From the NCBI GenBank assembly GCA_965116815.1, contig OZ220722.1:671050-735049 (forward strand): 64,000 nt of DNA. The letters run 5' to 3'. The stretch is from Candidatus Poribacteria bacterium (lineage in GTDB: Bacteria > Poribacteria > WGA-4E > WGA-3G). This document shows positions 36,465 to 45,255 of the stretch, one piece after another. The notes below the pieces were generated by a model. The model had not been told where the DNA came from. It did not search any database and worked only from the letters and a program-made list of their open reading frames with translations. The translations under genes and the position numbers were made by a program. Each line of letters opens with the position of its first letter. Positions within the stretch are counted from its first letter, which is position 1.

Positions 36465-37262
36465 ATGAGTCGTCAAAACTTCTTACATGAAATGGTGGTG
36501 ATTTTCTCTGTAATTGCAATCTGTACCCTGTTGGGTTGTGGTGAAACTGAGGATACGTCCTCCGCTATGTTGTCAGAGACCGTGATGGGGGGAGACACAA
36601 CGAGTTTTTCGGGGCGTGTTGTTGATGAAGATGGGAATCCGGTTGCTGGGCTTGCCTTGATCATTCAGCTTCGCGAAGTTGACGATAATACTGGAGCGCG
36701 GACGTACGGTCCTAATTTAGAAGCGAAGACCGATGATGCAGGACATTTCTCTATCACAAATATTCGTCCCGGGCAATTTCAATTCATGTTGGCGCGTGAC
36801 TATGGGAACAGTCTGCTTTTTGAAACGGAATATCAACTCCTTTCTGTCAAAATCGGGGCTTTCGCCTATCATCCGAGTGACCGGTTCCCTCCTGCTTTTA
36901 CTAAAGATACTCTTTCTATCACTCCAGGCGCGGAAATAAAAAACGTAGAGGTCACGGTGCGGCTCCGAATGCGGATTCGCGCGAAAATTGTTTTTGCGGA
37001 TGGCACCCCCTTAGCAAACAAGGAAGTTAGGATCGATATAAAAGGGCGGGATTTACACGGGGATGGGAGTGCAAAAATTGGTACTACATGGGAGACTGAT
37101 GCCCGAGGGTACTTTATACAGTACATGGATGCAAATAGGACGAGATCCTATACGGTGTCAGTGGAGTATAATGGGCTTTCCGCAACGTCGGAGAAGTTTG
37201 TACTCAAAGTCGGGGAACGCCGTGAAGATTTGATTTTGAAGTTGTCGGGTCCTCCTCAGTAA
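36465..37262 (+). CDS. Array member A11: short lipoprotein form (two beta-sandwich domains, no CTLD). Close paralog of A10.
   Basis: RBS AAGGAGAAG. Lipobox LLGCGE. FSGRVVDEDGNPVAGLAL, RMRIRAKIVFADGTPLANKEV. Ends ...EDLILKLSGPPQ. Confidence 0.7.
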   Translation: MSRQNFLHEMVVIFSVIAICTLLGCGETEDTSSAMLSETVMGGDTTSFSGRVVDEDGNPVAGLALIIQLREVDDNTGARTYGPNLEAKTDDAGHFSITNIRPGQFQFMLARDYGNSLLFETEYQLLSVKIGAFAYHPSDRFPPAFTKDTLSITPGAEIKNVEVTVRLRMRIRAKIVFADGTPLANKEVRIDIKGRDLHGDGSAKIGTTWETDARGYFIQYMDANRTRSYTVSVEYNGLSATSEKFVLKVGERREDLILKLSGPPQ

Positions 37263-37308
37263 AGATGGTGGTAACGCCACTAAAACGTATGAATTAGGTT
37301 TGGTCGCC

Positions 37309-38388
37309 TTATGAAAGCAGGTTTCCACAATACGCGCAAGCGTCTAATGTGACATCACCATTGAACGTTTCACGTTCCGGCGTTAAGTAGGTCTCATAGT
37401 TCGTAACGCAATTTGTGTTTTCACACGTCCGTGTGGAAGGTCCAATGTTTCGTTTCGGCGGTTGGGTCAAGATGAGTTGTTCCAACCCCATGAGGCTGGC
37501 GATGAGTGCCATCCGAACCGGCACTGCATTGGCGGATTGCTCGAAGTAAGCAGCACGTGGATCGTCGTCTAACTCATAGGCAAGTTCATTGACGCGCGGG
37601 AGTGGATGCATAATCATCGCGTCCGGCTTCGCGTTTGTCATGACTTCTGCATTTAGCAGATAACTACCGCGCACAGCGGCTGGATCCATGTTTGCTGGTA
37701 GTCGTTCCTCCTGAAGCCGATTCACATAGATAACATCCAGCCTCTCGATCACTTCTGTGATATTCTCTACTTCAAGCGGTATCTGTCCATGACACTGTTC
37801 CAGCTGCGCGAGTACCCACGGCGGCATCTGTAGCGGCTTCGGCGCGATGTGAACCAGTTGCCCACCGAATCTCGCAACCGCCAAAGCAAAAGAGTGTGCC
37901 GCCCGTCCAAATTGGAGATCGCCGCAGATACCGACGGTTAACCCTTCTACTTTCGATTTCCGCCGTATAATGGTATATAGATCCGCGAGTGCTTGTGTTG
38001 GGTGTGTATGGCTTCCATCACCGCCATTGATAACGGGGATGTGTGCGTATTGTGCCATAACACGTGCTGCGCCCGCCCAGTTATGCCGCACCACAATGAT
38101 GTCAGCATAATTCGTCACCATCCGCGCGGTGTCGGCGAGCGTTTCGCCTTTCGTGGTAGAAGTCGCGCTTGGGTCAGCGAAACCGAGCGTGCCGCCGTTG
38201 AGGCGTTCCATCGCACTTTCAAACGAAAGCCGGGTCCGTGTGCTCGGTTCATAGAAGAGCGTTGCGAGCAATTTGCTCCTGCTGATGCCCGCCCATGTCT
38301 CCAGTTGCGACTGCATGCCTCCTGCGAGTCGAAAAATCTGTTCAATCTCAAAATTCGACAGATCGTCGAGTGTTACCAGATGCCGCAT
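37309..38388 (-). CDS. pyrB: Aspartate carbamoyltransferase catalytic chain with a C-terminal fusion of a PyrI-type zinc-binding domain.
   Basis: STRTRLSFESAMERLNGG and HPTQALAD are ATCase motifs (HPTQ rather than the HPCQ of OTCase). The ~55-aa C-terminal extension CENTNCVTNYETYL...DACAYCGNLLS matches the CxNxNC...CxYC Zn motif of the ATCase regulatory chain. Confidence 0.8.
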   Translation of the reverse strand: MRHLVTLDDLSNFEIEQIFRLAGGMQSQLETWAGISRSKLLATLFYEPSTRTRLSFESAMERLNGGTLGFADPSATSTTKGETLADTARMVTNYADIIVVRHNWAGAARVMAQYAHIPVINGGDGSHTHPTQALADLYTIIRRKSKVEGLTVGICGDLQFGRAAHSFALAVARFGGQLVHIAPKPLQMPPWVLAQLEQCHGQIPLEVENITEVIERLDVIYVNRLQEERLPANMDPAAVRGSYLLNAEVMTNAKPDAMIMHPLPRVNELAYELDDDPRAAYFEQSANAVPVRMALIASLMGLEQLILTQPPKRNIGPSTRTCENTNCVTNYETYLTPERETFNGDVTLDACAYCGNLLS

Positions 38389-38424
38389 TGTTCTCCTCTA
38401 AGCGTTCGTGTTTATCATGCGTTA

Positions 38425-39354
38425 TTACAAACCAACTTGCAAACTCCCAACCAATTCTTTCATTGATCTCATGTTTGCTTGTTTGAGATAGGCGTGAATG
38501 CCTTTTACCACTTCTATTGATGCGTGTGGATTGACGAAGTTCGCCGTCCCGATTGCCACGGCGGATGCACCAGCGATAAAAAATTCAATGGCATCTGTCG
38601 CGGTCATAATGCCACCCATCCCAACGATCGGGATAGAGACGCTTTTGTAAACCTCCCAAACCAATCGGAGTGCCACCGGCTTTATCGCAGGACCGGAAAG
38701 CCCACCTGTCACGTTCGCGAGTTCCGGTTTCCGTGTTTCGGCGTTAATTGCCATACCGAGAAGCGTATTGATGGCGGATAGCGCGTTCGCACCCGCATCC
38801 TCAACCGCACGCGCAATTATTGTAATATCTGTAACATTTGGGGAAAGTTTCACCAAGAGTGGGAGGTGTGTCTTTGCTCTGACCTCTGTGACGAGTTGAT
38901 GTGCCAACGTTGCATCGACACCGAAACTCATACCACCGCAATCTAAGTTCGGACAGGAGATATTGAGTTCCACGCCAGCGACACCGTCTGCCGTGTTTAG
39001 TTTCTCGGTCACCGTCAGGTATTCTTCGACCGTTTTACCACAGATGTTGACAATTACCGGTACATCGAAATCACGAAGGTAGGGCAACTTCTCTGAAATA
39101 AAACCGTCTACACCGACGTTTTGAAGTCCAATCGCATTGAGCATACCGGAAGGCGTTTCCATGATGCGTTGCATCGGATTGCCGGGCCACGGTACGCTTG
39201 TGATGCCTTTAACGACGACCGCACCGAGTCGGTTCAGATCCACGAAATCCACGTATTCACTGCCGTAGCCGAATGTGCCGGATGCCGTCATGACGGGATT
39301 GCGCATCTGTATCCCGCCGATATTCACGCTGAGTGGTAAGTCTGTTGTGTCCAT
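38425..39354 (-). CDS. pyrD: Dihydroorotate dehydrogenase catalytic subunit (class 1).
   Basis: NPVMTASGTFGYG...GAVVVKGIT...IVNICG...ELNISCPN are conserved DHODH motifs. Adjacent to pyrB. Confidence 0.85.
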   Translation of the reverse strand: MDTTDLPLSVNIGGIQMRNPVMTASGTFGYGSEYVDFVDLNRLGAVVVKGITSVPWPGNPMQRIMETPSGMLNAIGLQNVGVDGFISEKLPYLRDFDVPVIVNICGKTVEEYLTVTEKLNTADGVAGVELNISCPNLDCGGMSFGVDATLAHQLVTEVRAKTHLPLLVKLSPNVTDITIIARAVEDAGANALSAINTLLGMAINAETRKPELANVTGGLSGPAIKPVALRLVWEVYKSVSIPIVGMGGIMTATDAIEFFIAGASAVAIGTANFVNPHASIEVVKGIHAYLKQANMRSMKELVGSLQVGL

Positions 39355-39383
39355 TTTATTTAAATGAGGGTGGTTTTGCTATT

Positions 39384-39638
39384 CTAACGAAAATAATTAT
39401 TGAGAAAAAGCAACGCAAGCAATGAAATGCAAATTAAAACGATACGTACCCAAGATGGTAATATCGGTTGGGACCATCTCGGAGGTAATTTGTCCTTAAA
39501 AAAGGTCGAAACGGCTAAAACAGAGAATAGGATGAAGTTTATGAGTGCGTCGATGATGTCTGCCGAAAGGGCACTGCGTACTGTGAAGCCTATCCCACAT
39601 ATTCCAGCGATAATACCAACAATATGATGCCGTTTCAT
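39384..39638 (-). CDS. Small hypothetical membrane protein (84 aa).
   Basis: ORF with two or three hydrophobic helices. No recognisable motif. Confidence 0.3.
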   Translation of the reverse strand: MKRHHIVGIIAGICGIGFTVRSALSADIIDALINFILFSVLAVSTFFKDKLPPRWSQPILPSWVRIVLICISLLALLFLNNYFR

Positions 39639-39767
39639 AAGAACATGCTCCTACAGATGTTATGTTTTTGAAGCGTGTCAAAAATCAGTCCTTCAATTCT
39701 GCACGAAAAGTTTAGCACCAATATATCTCAGATGTCAAGCAATTTTCCGCATTCTTTTTTTCGAGAT

Positions 39768-41711
39768 TTACCAACTTAGATAGACGACGCGGAAATCGAA
39801 TATCAGTCCCAAAATACTAATAATAGAAGCAACAATCACATCACCGATAACCAACCCTATGAAAAACGGAATTGAACGCCGATATAAGCGAACACCGCCT
39901 GTTGAGAGCAATATCCGTTTAATGATCCAGCTGATTAGGAGCGGAAACCACAGTCCGGTAAAGGTCCACCAACTTGAAACGACGTATCCAACCGGATGTA
40001 GGGGCCACTGAATAAATCGCCATCGTAGGAGCAGGAGGCTAACCGCGAACCCAAATCCACCAGCGGTATAGAGCATACCGCTGATACTCGTTTCGCTTGG
40101 GTTATAGAGCCATCCCGCAAGTCTATTGAAAGCGGCGCGTGCATACCACGAACGCGCCTGCTCTAAACCGACTTGGTATGAGAGATGCAAGTGTCCCCAC
40201 GCTGCAGAGAGCGCGCCTACGAAGATGGCAATCGCCAATACCCATAGTAATTGCGTCGGATTGAAACGGGTTTGATGTGCGAGTTTCAATCCCTCCAATT
40301 GATGCGGCATCGGGTGCGCGCGATACGACAGATGGTTCAACCAGAAAAAGAGCGACATCACCGAGAGATTCCGATTGCCGATGCGTCGTGTGCCAAGCGC
40401 GTCTGTCAAGAGTAAGTCTGGACCGGCATTGTAGAGGTCGTGCGCGGGTGGTCCCAGTTCGGCACGAATACGGGTGATTGTCACCGACATCGCGAAATAG
40501 AGCGCGAAAAATAGGGCTGCAAACCAGAGCGACATTCCCGCCTTCAGGCAAAACGCCAGAATCAAGATGAATCCGATGAGCGCGCCGATGCCTGCTGTTC
40601 TATAACGTAGTGCTTCACCTTCGTCGTTAGTGGTAGGCGCGCGGTTGTTGAAAATCGTCTGCAGCACTACCTTAACATGTGAACGCCCCATCCACAGGGT
40701 CCAGAGAAATAGGGCGATCCAGACACCTCGAATTTGCGCCATTTCCCGTGGAAATCCGACAGCCCCTCGCCAACCGAACATCTCACCAATAATCCGCTCA
40801 AAGTGCCAAAACAGATGAAAAAACCAGCAGGAGAACCCCAAATCGAGCGGAATCAGGAAACCGACCCCAATCGCAAACGGAAAGAAACTGATGCGGAAAC
40901 CGGGATTATTCATCGCACTCCACGGTTTTTCACCGAGTCGAAATCCGTGGTAAAGCGGAATTGTAGGGAAAACAGGATCGATTTGGTGTAAACTATAGAG
41001 AAGATTCAGGACACCAGCGATGCATAAGCCGACGGTCATCATCCGTCTATTGAAAAACAGATGAGACGCAGTCCGCAGGTGGTTTCCTGCATTTGTCGCC
41101 GCTCGTGTGATTTCATAAGGGAGTTGTGCGATCGGGTAGGTGAGCCGTTCATGTTCCTGCCACTGCTTGCGTATAAGCACGTTGATGCAGAGCATCGTCA
41201 CTCCGATAACGAGGCAGAAACCTACCCATATCAGTGTTGGCAGCAGCCATGCTTGTATGTTGGTCTGGAGGTAGAACGTGGATTCGCCTTTGTAGAAACC
41301 TTGTAATATCTCCTGTTTCCCAACGACAAGCCATTCGGGGAGGTGTTGATGAAAGAGTTGTGCCCATTCGTTTTCGGTAGTTGCGTACCAAAAACCGTTG
41401 CACATCAATGGCACCAGGACTTGTAGCATGTCGCGTCCAGCGAAAACGGAGGCTTGGCACAGCATCGCATAGATTGTTAGCAGTTCGCTCTGCGTGAATG
41501 CCAACGTTGGGTGCAAGCGGCGTAGGACCACGCTGAGTCCGATAAGGACGAGCAGCGTGAACAGGACATTGAACAGCAATGCTAAACTCGTGGGGCGGTT
41601 GGAGTCCCATATATAGCTGAGATGTAGAACCCAGTAGCTATTAAAAGGGATGAGAAGGATTCCAATCAGCGTTGCACGTAGCGTAATAGGACTTTTTGAG
41701 GGGTGTTTCAT
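39768..41711 (-). CDS. Large polytopic integral membrane protein of unknown function (647 aa, at least 12 predicted TM helices).
   Basis: Continuous ORF with many hydrophobic helices. No catalytic motif recognised. Confidence 0.55.
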   Translation of the reverse strand: MKHPSKSPITLRATLIGILLIPFNSYWVLHLSYIWDSNRPTSLALLFNVLFTLLVLIGLSVVLRRLHPTLAFTQSELLTIYAMLCQASVFAGRDMLQVLVPLMCNGFWYATTENEWAQLFHQHLPEWLVVGKQEILQGFYKGESTFYLQTNIQAWLLPTLIWVGFCLVIGVTMLCINVLIRKQWQEHERLTYPIAQLPYEITRAATNAGNHLRTASHLFFNRRMMTVGLCIAGVLNLLYSLHQIDPVFPTIPLYHGFRLGEKPWSAMNNPGFRISFFPFAIGVGFLIPLDLGFSCWFFHLFWHFERIIGEMFGWRGAVGFPREMAQIRGVWIALFLWTLWMGRSHVKVVLQTIFNNRAPTTNDEGEALRYRTAGIGALIGFILILAFCLKAGMSLWFAALFFALYFAMSVTITRIRAELGPPAHDLYNAGPDLLLTDALGTRRIGNRNLSVMSLFFWLNHLSYRAHPMPHQLEGLKLAHQTRFNPTQLLWVLAIAIFVGALSAAWGHLHLSYQVGLEQARSWYARAAFNRLAGWLYNPSETSISGMLYTAGGFGFAVSLLLLRWRFIQWPLHPVGYVVSSWWTFTGLWFPLLISWIIKRILLSTGGVRLYRRSIPFFIGLVIGDVIVASIISILGLIFDFRVVYLSW

Positions 41712-41766
41712 ATTTTTTAACTATGTGCGTTGCTACGATCTGGCTGAAGGGAGGAGATAACGAGAA

Positions 41767-41988
41767 ATGGTGATGATGGTGGTATTCGGTCTTGTTGTTA
41801 TAGTTATGATAGGTGGCGGTGTATTGCTTGCGCGTCTGGCAACTGTTGCCAAATCCAAACGTTCATGGATATGGGGATTTTTCGTCCTCATTGTGCTTAT
41901 CTGTGTTCCACTTTTTCTATTAGGTCTCGGCGTGTGGTTTCTCCACTTCAGTGGGATATCGTCGGGAAGCTTTAGCCCATTTGGTTAA
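41767..41988 (+). CDS. Small hypothetical membrane protein (73 aa).
   Basis: Two hydrophobic helices. GGAGGA lies 11 nt upstream. Weak call. Confidence 0.25.
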   Translation: MVMMVVFGLVVIVMIGGGVLLARLATVAKSKRSWIWGFFVLIVLICVPLFLLGLGVWFLHFSGISSGSFSPFG

Positions 41989-42031
41989 TATGAACTTCCT
42001 GAAACGACAGATGGGGCAACCATCAGTATAC

Positions 42032-42739
42032 CTATAAGTTAGAGATTTCCTCGGTGTTTTCCTCGGTAGATGTTTGTTGGACAGTCGAGGTCTTCCCTGA
42101 GAGGTAGAGAAACCATATCGTGAGCGCAATTGCGATGAGAATCCACAAAGCCCCCCAAACCTCAGTCGCAATGCCTGTCACCTCCGATAGCATCCGCGCA
42201 TCCGAACGGAGACTGGATCTGTCTAAGACATCGCTCTTAATGTCAAGGATCGCGTAGAGACAACTCGTCACACCGATAATACGTAACACCCAATCGTTGA
42301 CAGCCTCTGGAAGATAAAAGCCGATGGCAATCAATGCAACACCAAAGCCGATGCCGAACAGATAGGTAAATGTACTCTCGCCGAAGCCGATGGAGATAGC
42401 CACCATACCGAAGCCGATCAGGATACTAATTGCTTTGTCGAAACGTGTTCTCGCTGCCAGAAGCAGGATGATACCACCCCACAATAGGCTGCCAAGATAA
42501 CCCGCTGTTAATGTCCAAAACCGAGAGCCCCCTTGTGTGAGCGCGTGCCCGCCTTGTTGTGGGTTAATCTGAATTTCGAGAATACGCCCTCCGGTTGCGA
42601 TTGCCGCAAGCCCGTGGCTTACCTCATGCATGAACACAACGAAAATTTTGAGCGGATACACAAACAGCGTGTTCCATAAAAACCCGATGGCTATGAAAAT
42701 CAAGAGCAGCGCGATATAGCGTTTAAAAATTGATAGCAT
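42032..42739 (-). CDS. Membrane-embedded HExxH zinc metalloprotease, peptidase M50B-like family.
   Basis: N-proximal FMHEVSHGLAA (HExxH) inside a TM-rich ~235-aa protein, typical of M50B-like proteins. Confidence 0.5.
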   Translation of the reverse strand: MLSIFKRYIALLLIFIAIGFLWNTLFVYPLKIFVVFMHEVSHGLAAIATGGRILEIQINPQQGGHALTQGGSRFWTLTAGYLGSLLWGGIILLLAARTRFDKAISILIGFGMVAISIGFGESTFTYLFGIGFGVALIAIGFYLPEAVNDWVLRIIGVTSCLYAILDIKSDVLDRSSLRSDARMLSEVTGIATEVWGALWILIAIALTIWFLYLSGKTSTVQQTSTEENTEEISNL

Positions 42740-42861
42740 AGAATGATTGTCGGTTGTCGGTTAAGACGTATGATGATTGCGATCGTTTGCACATGCCACA
42801 CGTCTTAACTCTCGGTGGAAGGCAGAGCGGAAACCCTACAGTTAAGAATCCTTTAAATTAC

Positions 42862-42890
42862 TTGCGTTTTGCGAAAGAATCTGTTATATT
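42862..42890 (+). promoter_or_regulatory. Candidate sigma-70-type promoter for aroC: TTGCGT, 17 nt spacer, TATATT.
   Basis: Seen directly, about 75 nt upstream of the aroC start. Not validated. Confidence 0.25.
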
Positions 42891-42964
42891 ATATCACAAA
42901 ATGTCCAAAATATACAATTCTAAAAGTAAAGGTGCGCGCTTACAAAACGCGTCTGTGAAACTAA

Positions 42965-44050
42965 ATGAATACATTCGGTCACCTTTTTCGGATTACGACG
43001 TGGGGCGAGTCGCACGGTGGTGCTGTCGGTGTTGTGGTTGATGGATGTCCACCGCAAATTGACTTGGACGAATCCGCGATACAATTTGAGCTTGATCGAC
43101 GGAGACCAGGCCAAAGCCATCTCACAACATCGCGTCAAGAGGGCGATGCCGTTGAAATACTTTCCGGTGTCTTTGAGGGTAAAACGCTTGGAACGCCGAT
43201 CTCTATGCTGGTATGGAATAAGGACGCACGTCCATCAGCCTACGAACATCTAAAAGACCTTTACAGACCTTCACACGCCGATTTTACATATCAACAGAAA
43301 TACGGTATCCGAAACTGGCAAGGTGGCGGTAGAGCGAGTGCACGGGAAACCATCGGACGCGTCGCTGCAGGCGCAATCGCCAAGCAAGTTTTGCGTGAGA
43401 TGTCCGGGACCGAAACGCTTGCTTATGTCAAACAGATTCATACATTGGAAGCTAACGTTGATGCGGACGCGGTGACGCTTGAAGAGATAGAAGCAAGTCC
43501 TGTCCGGTGTCCCGATCCGATTGTTGGTCCGAAGATGGCAGAACGCGTTGATCAAGCGCGACGTGATCTTGACTCTCTCGGTGGTGTCATTGAATCGGTT
43601 GCTCGTAATGTTCCTGTGGGGCTTGGTGAACCGGTATTCGACAAACTCAAAGCGGATTTGGCGAAAGCGATGATGTCTCTCCCCGCGACGATGGGTTTCC
43701 AAATCGGCTCCGGCTTTGGCGGTGTTACGATGACGGGGGCTGAACATAACGATCCGTTTTATCTCCAAAAGGACGATGGGACGAAACGCATTCGGACGCG
43801 TACAAATAATTCGGGCGGCACACAGGGCGGCATTTCAAACGGCGAAAATATTCTGTTCCAAGTCGCTTTCAAACCGACAGCGACAATTGGGAAACCACAA
43901 CAAACCGTCGATGTCGATGGAAACGAGGTGACGTTAGAGGCGAGCGGACGACACGATCCGTGTGTGCTGGTGCGCGCGCCCGCGATTGTGGAGGCGATGG
44001 CGGCACTTGTCCTCACAGATCATTTGCTCCGCCAACGCGCAAAATCTTGA
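42965..44050 (+). CDS. aroC: Chorismate synthase.
   Basis: [31 protein letters not shown]...SRQEGD...[20 protein letters not shown] is the full-length chorismate synthase signature. Confidence 0.9.
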   Translation: MNTFGHLFRITTWGESHGGAVGVVVDGCPPQIDLDESAIQFELDRRRPGQSHLTTSRQEGDAVEILSGVFEGKTLGTPISMLVWNKDARPSAYEHLKDLYRPSHADFTYQQKYGIRNWQGGGRASARETIGRVAAGAIAKQVLREMSGTETLAYVKQIHTLEANVDADAVTLEEIEASPVRCPDPIVGPKMAERVDQARRDLDSLGGVIESVARNVPVGLGEPVFDKLKADLAKAMMSLPATMGFQIGSGFGGVTMTGAEHNDPFYLQKDDGTKRIRTRTNNSGGTQGGISNGENILFQVAFKPTATIGKPQQTVDVDGNEVTLEASGRHDPCVLVRAPAIVEAMAALVLTDHLLRQRAKS

Positions 44051-44165
44051 TAGTTGAAGGTTGCCAAGATATCGTGAGTATTTTCGCCTATTTTTTGTTG
44101 GCGAGAGTTCTGCTTTCCGAGTAAATTGATGATAAAGGGATCCTAAGATAGAGGAAGCTGGAAAA

Positions 44166-44630
44166 ATGACGACAGCCTTGGAAATCGAAAATATCTCGCC
44201 TGATAGCACGTTGGAAGCCTGTGCTCGTCAGGTGATTGTGAGTTATTTTCAAAAGATGATGTCCTACAAGGAGGGTGCCAAGGACGGAACGGATATTGAA
44301 TTTGTCCACGAGATGCGTGTCACTTCGCGTCGCTTACGCGCTGCCATGGACAATTTCGCTGATTGCTTTCCGGAAAAACCCTTCAAGAAATACTACAAGA
44401 AGATAAAAGCGATGACTCGAACCATGGGAGCCGTGCGTGACTTGGATGTCCTTATCGCTCGTTTTCAGAGCGAATTGGTTACCCTGACTGAAGCGGAACA
44501 GGCGGACATTCGAGGATTAATCGAACATTTACAGCAGAAGCAGGAAGATGCTCGAAAACCGATGCTGACGCTCTTTGCCAAACTGGAAGAAACCGATTTT
44601 GAGACCAAGTTTTTGGAATTCTTTATGTAA
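44166..44630 (+). CDS. CHAD-domain protein, N-terminal half.
   Basis: FVHEMRVTSRRLRAAMDNFADCF...MGAVRDLDVLIARF is the CHAD helical repeat signature. Its stop overlaps the next start by 1 nt (TAATG). Confidence 0.55.
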   Translation: MTTALEIENISPDSTLEACARQVIVSYFQKMMSYKEGAKDGTDIEFVHEMRVTSRRLRAAMDNFADCFPEKPFKKYYKKIKAMTRTMGAVRDLDVLIARFQSELVTLTEAEQADIRGLIEHLQQKQEDARKPMLTLFAKLEETDFETKFLEFFM

Positions 44631-45202
44631 TGGAGAACCGGTATACGGAGAGGGACTTGAAAGTCACTAACCCATCTCATCGAACCGCAAGGTATAATCA
44701 AAAAATGGCAAAGGTGCACAAGGTCATCGGCGTTGCGCCGAAGCAGAATTATCACGAGAATGCACGCATTATTCTCCCGCAAAAGGTGGAGGAGGTCTAC
44801 ACGTGGGAGCCGTTCATCCGTGATGAAGCGCGGCGCGAAGAACTCCACAACATGCGGATTTCGATTAAACGCCTCCGGTATACGATGGAAATTTTTCGTG
44901 CTGCTTATCAGCTACCAAAGATATATGCTAAAGAGGCTTCAACAACTTATAACGAACTCCTTACGGTGATCGTTGATTTGCAAGAGATACTCGGTGATAT
45001 TCACGACTCTGATGTCGTTTTGGAAGTTTTAACCGATTATGCATGTCAGTCGGGATGTGAAATTTCAGCACAAGGTGTTGCTACGCTTATTGATCGGACG
45101 AGGGAAGCCCGTAAAGCGGATTACAAAGTATTTCTGAAAAAATGGGAGCAACTGTCCACAACAGGTTTCAAACAGAAGTTGCTATCATTCTTGGCATCAT
45201 AA
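44630..45202 (+). CDS. CHAD-domain protein, C-terminal half (second CHAD repeat).
   Basis: LHNMRISIKRLRYTMEIFRAAYQ...LQEILGDIHDSDVVLEVL is a second CHAD-like H.{2}R...R(R/Y)...D.DV repeat. Confidence 0.55.
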   Translation: MENRYTERDLKVTNPSHRTARYNQKMAKVHKVIGVAPKQNYHENARIILPQKVEEVYTWEPFIRDEARREELHNMRISIKRLRYTMEIFRAAYQLPKIYAKEASTTYNELLTVIVDLQEILGDIHDSDVVLEVLTDYACQSGCEISAQGVATLIDRTREARKADYKVFLKKWEQLSTTGFKQKLLSFLAS

Positions 45203-45255
45203 CAACTAATTATCAAAGTGCGCTCGTGGCAGATGCGCATAGGGAGACTACTATA

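Noticed and set aside
22513-37126. Minus-strand ORFs inside the array genes (e.g. 24095..24505, 26353..26820, 30170..30613, 33222..33722)
   Set aside because: Antisense to the strongly supported plus-strand paralogs. They recur only because the sense genes are paralogous.
43271-43768. 165-aa minus-strand ORF inside aroC
   Set aside because: Antisense shadow of chorismate synthase.
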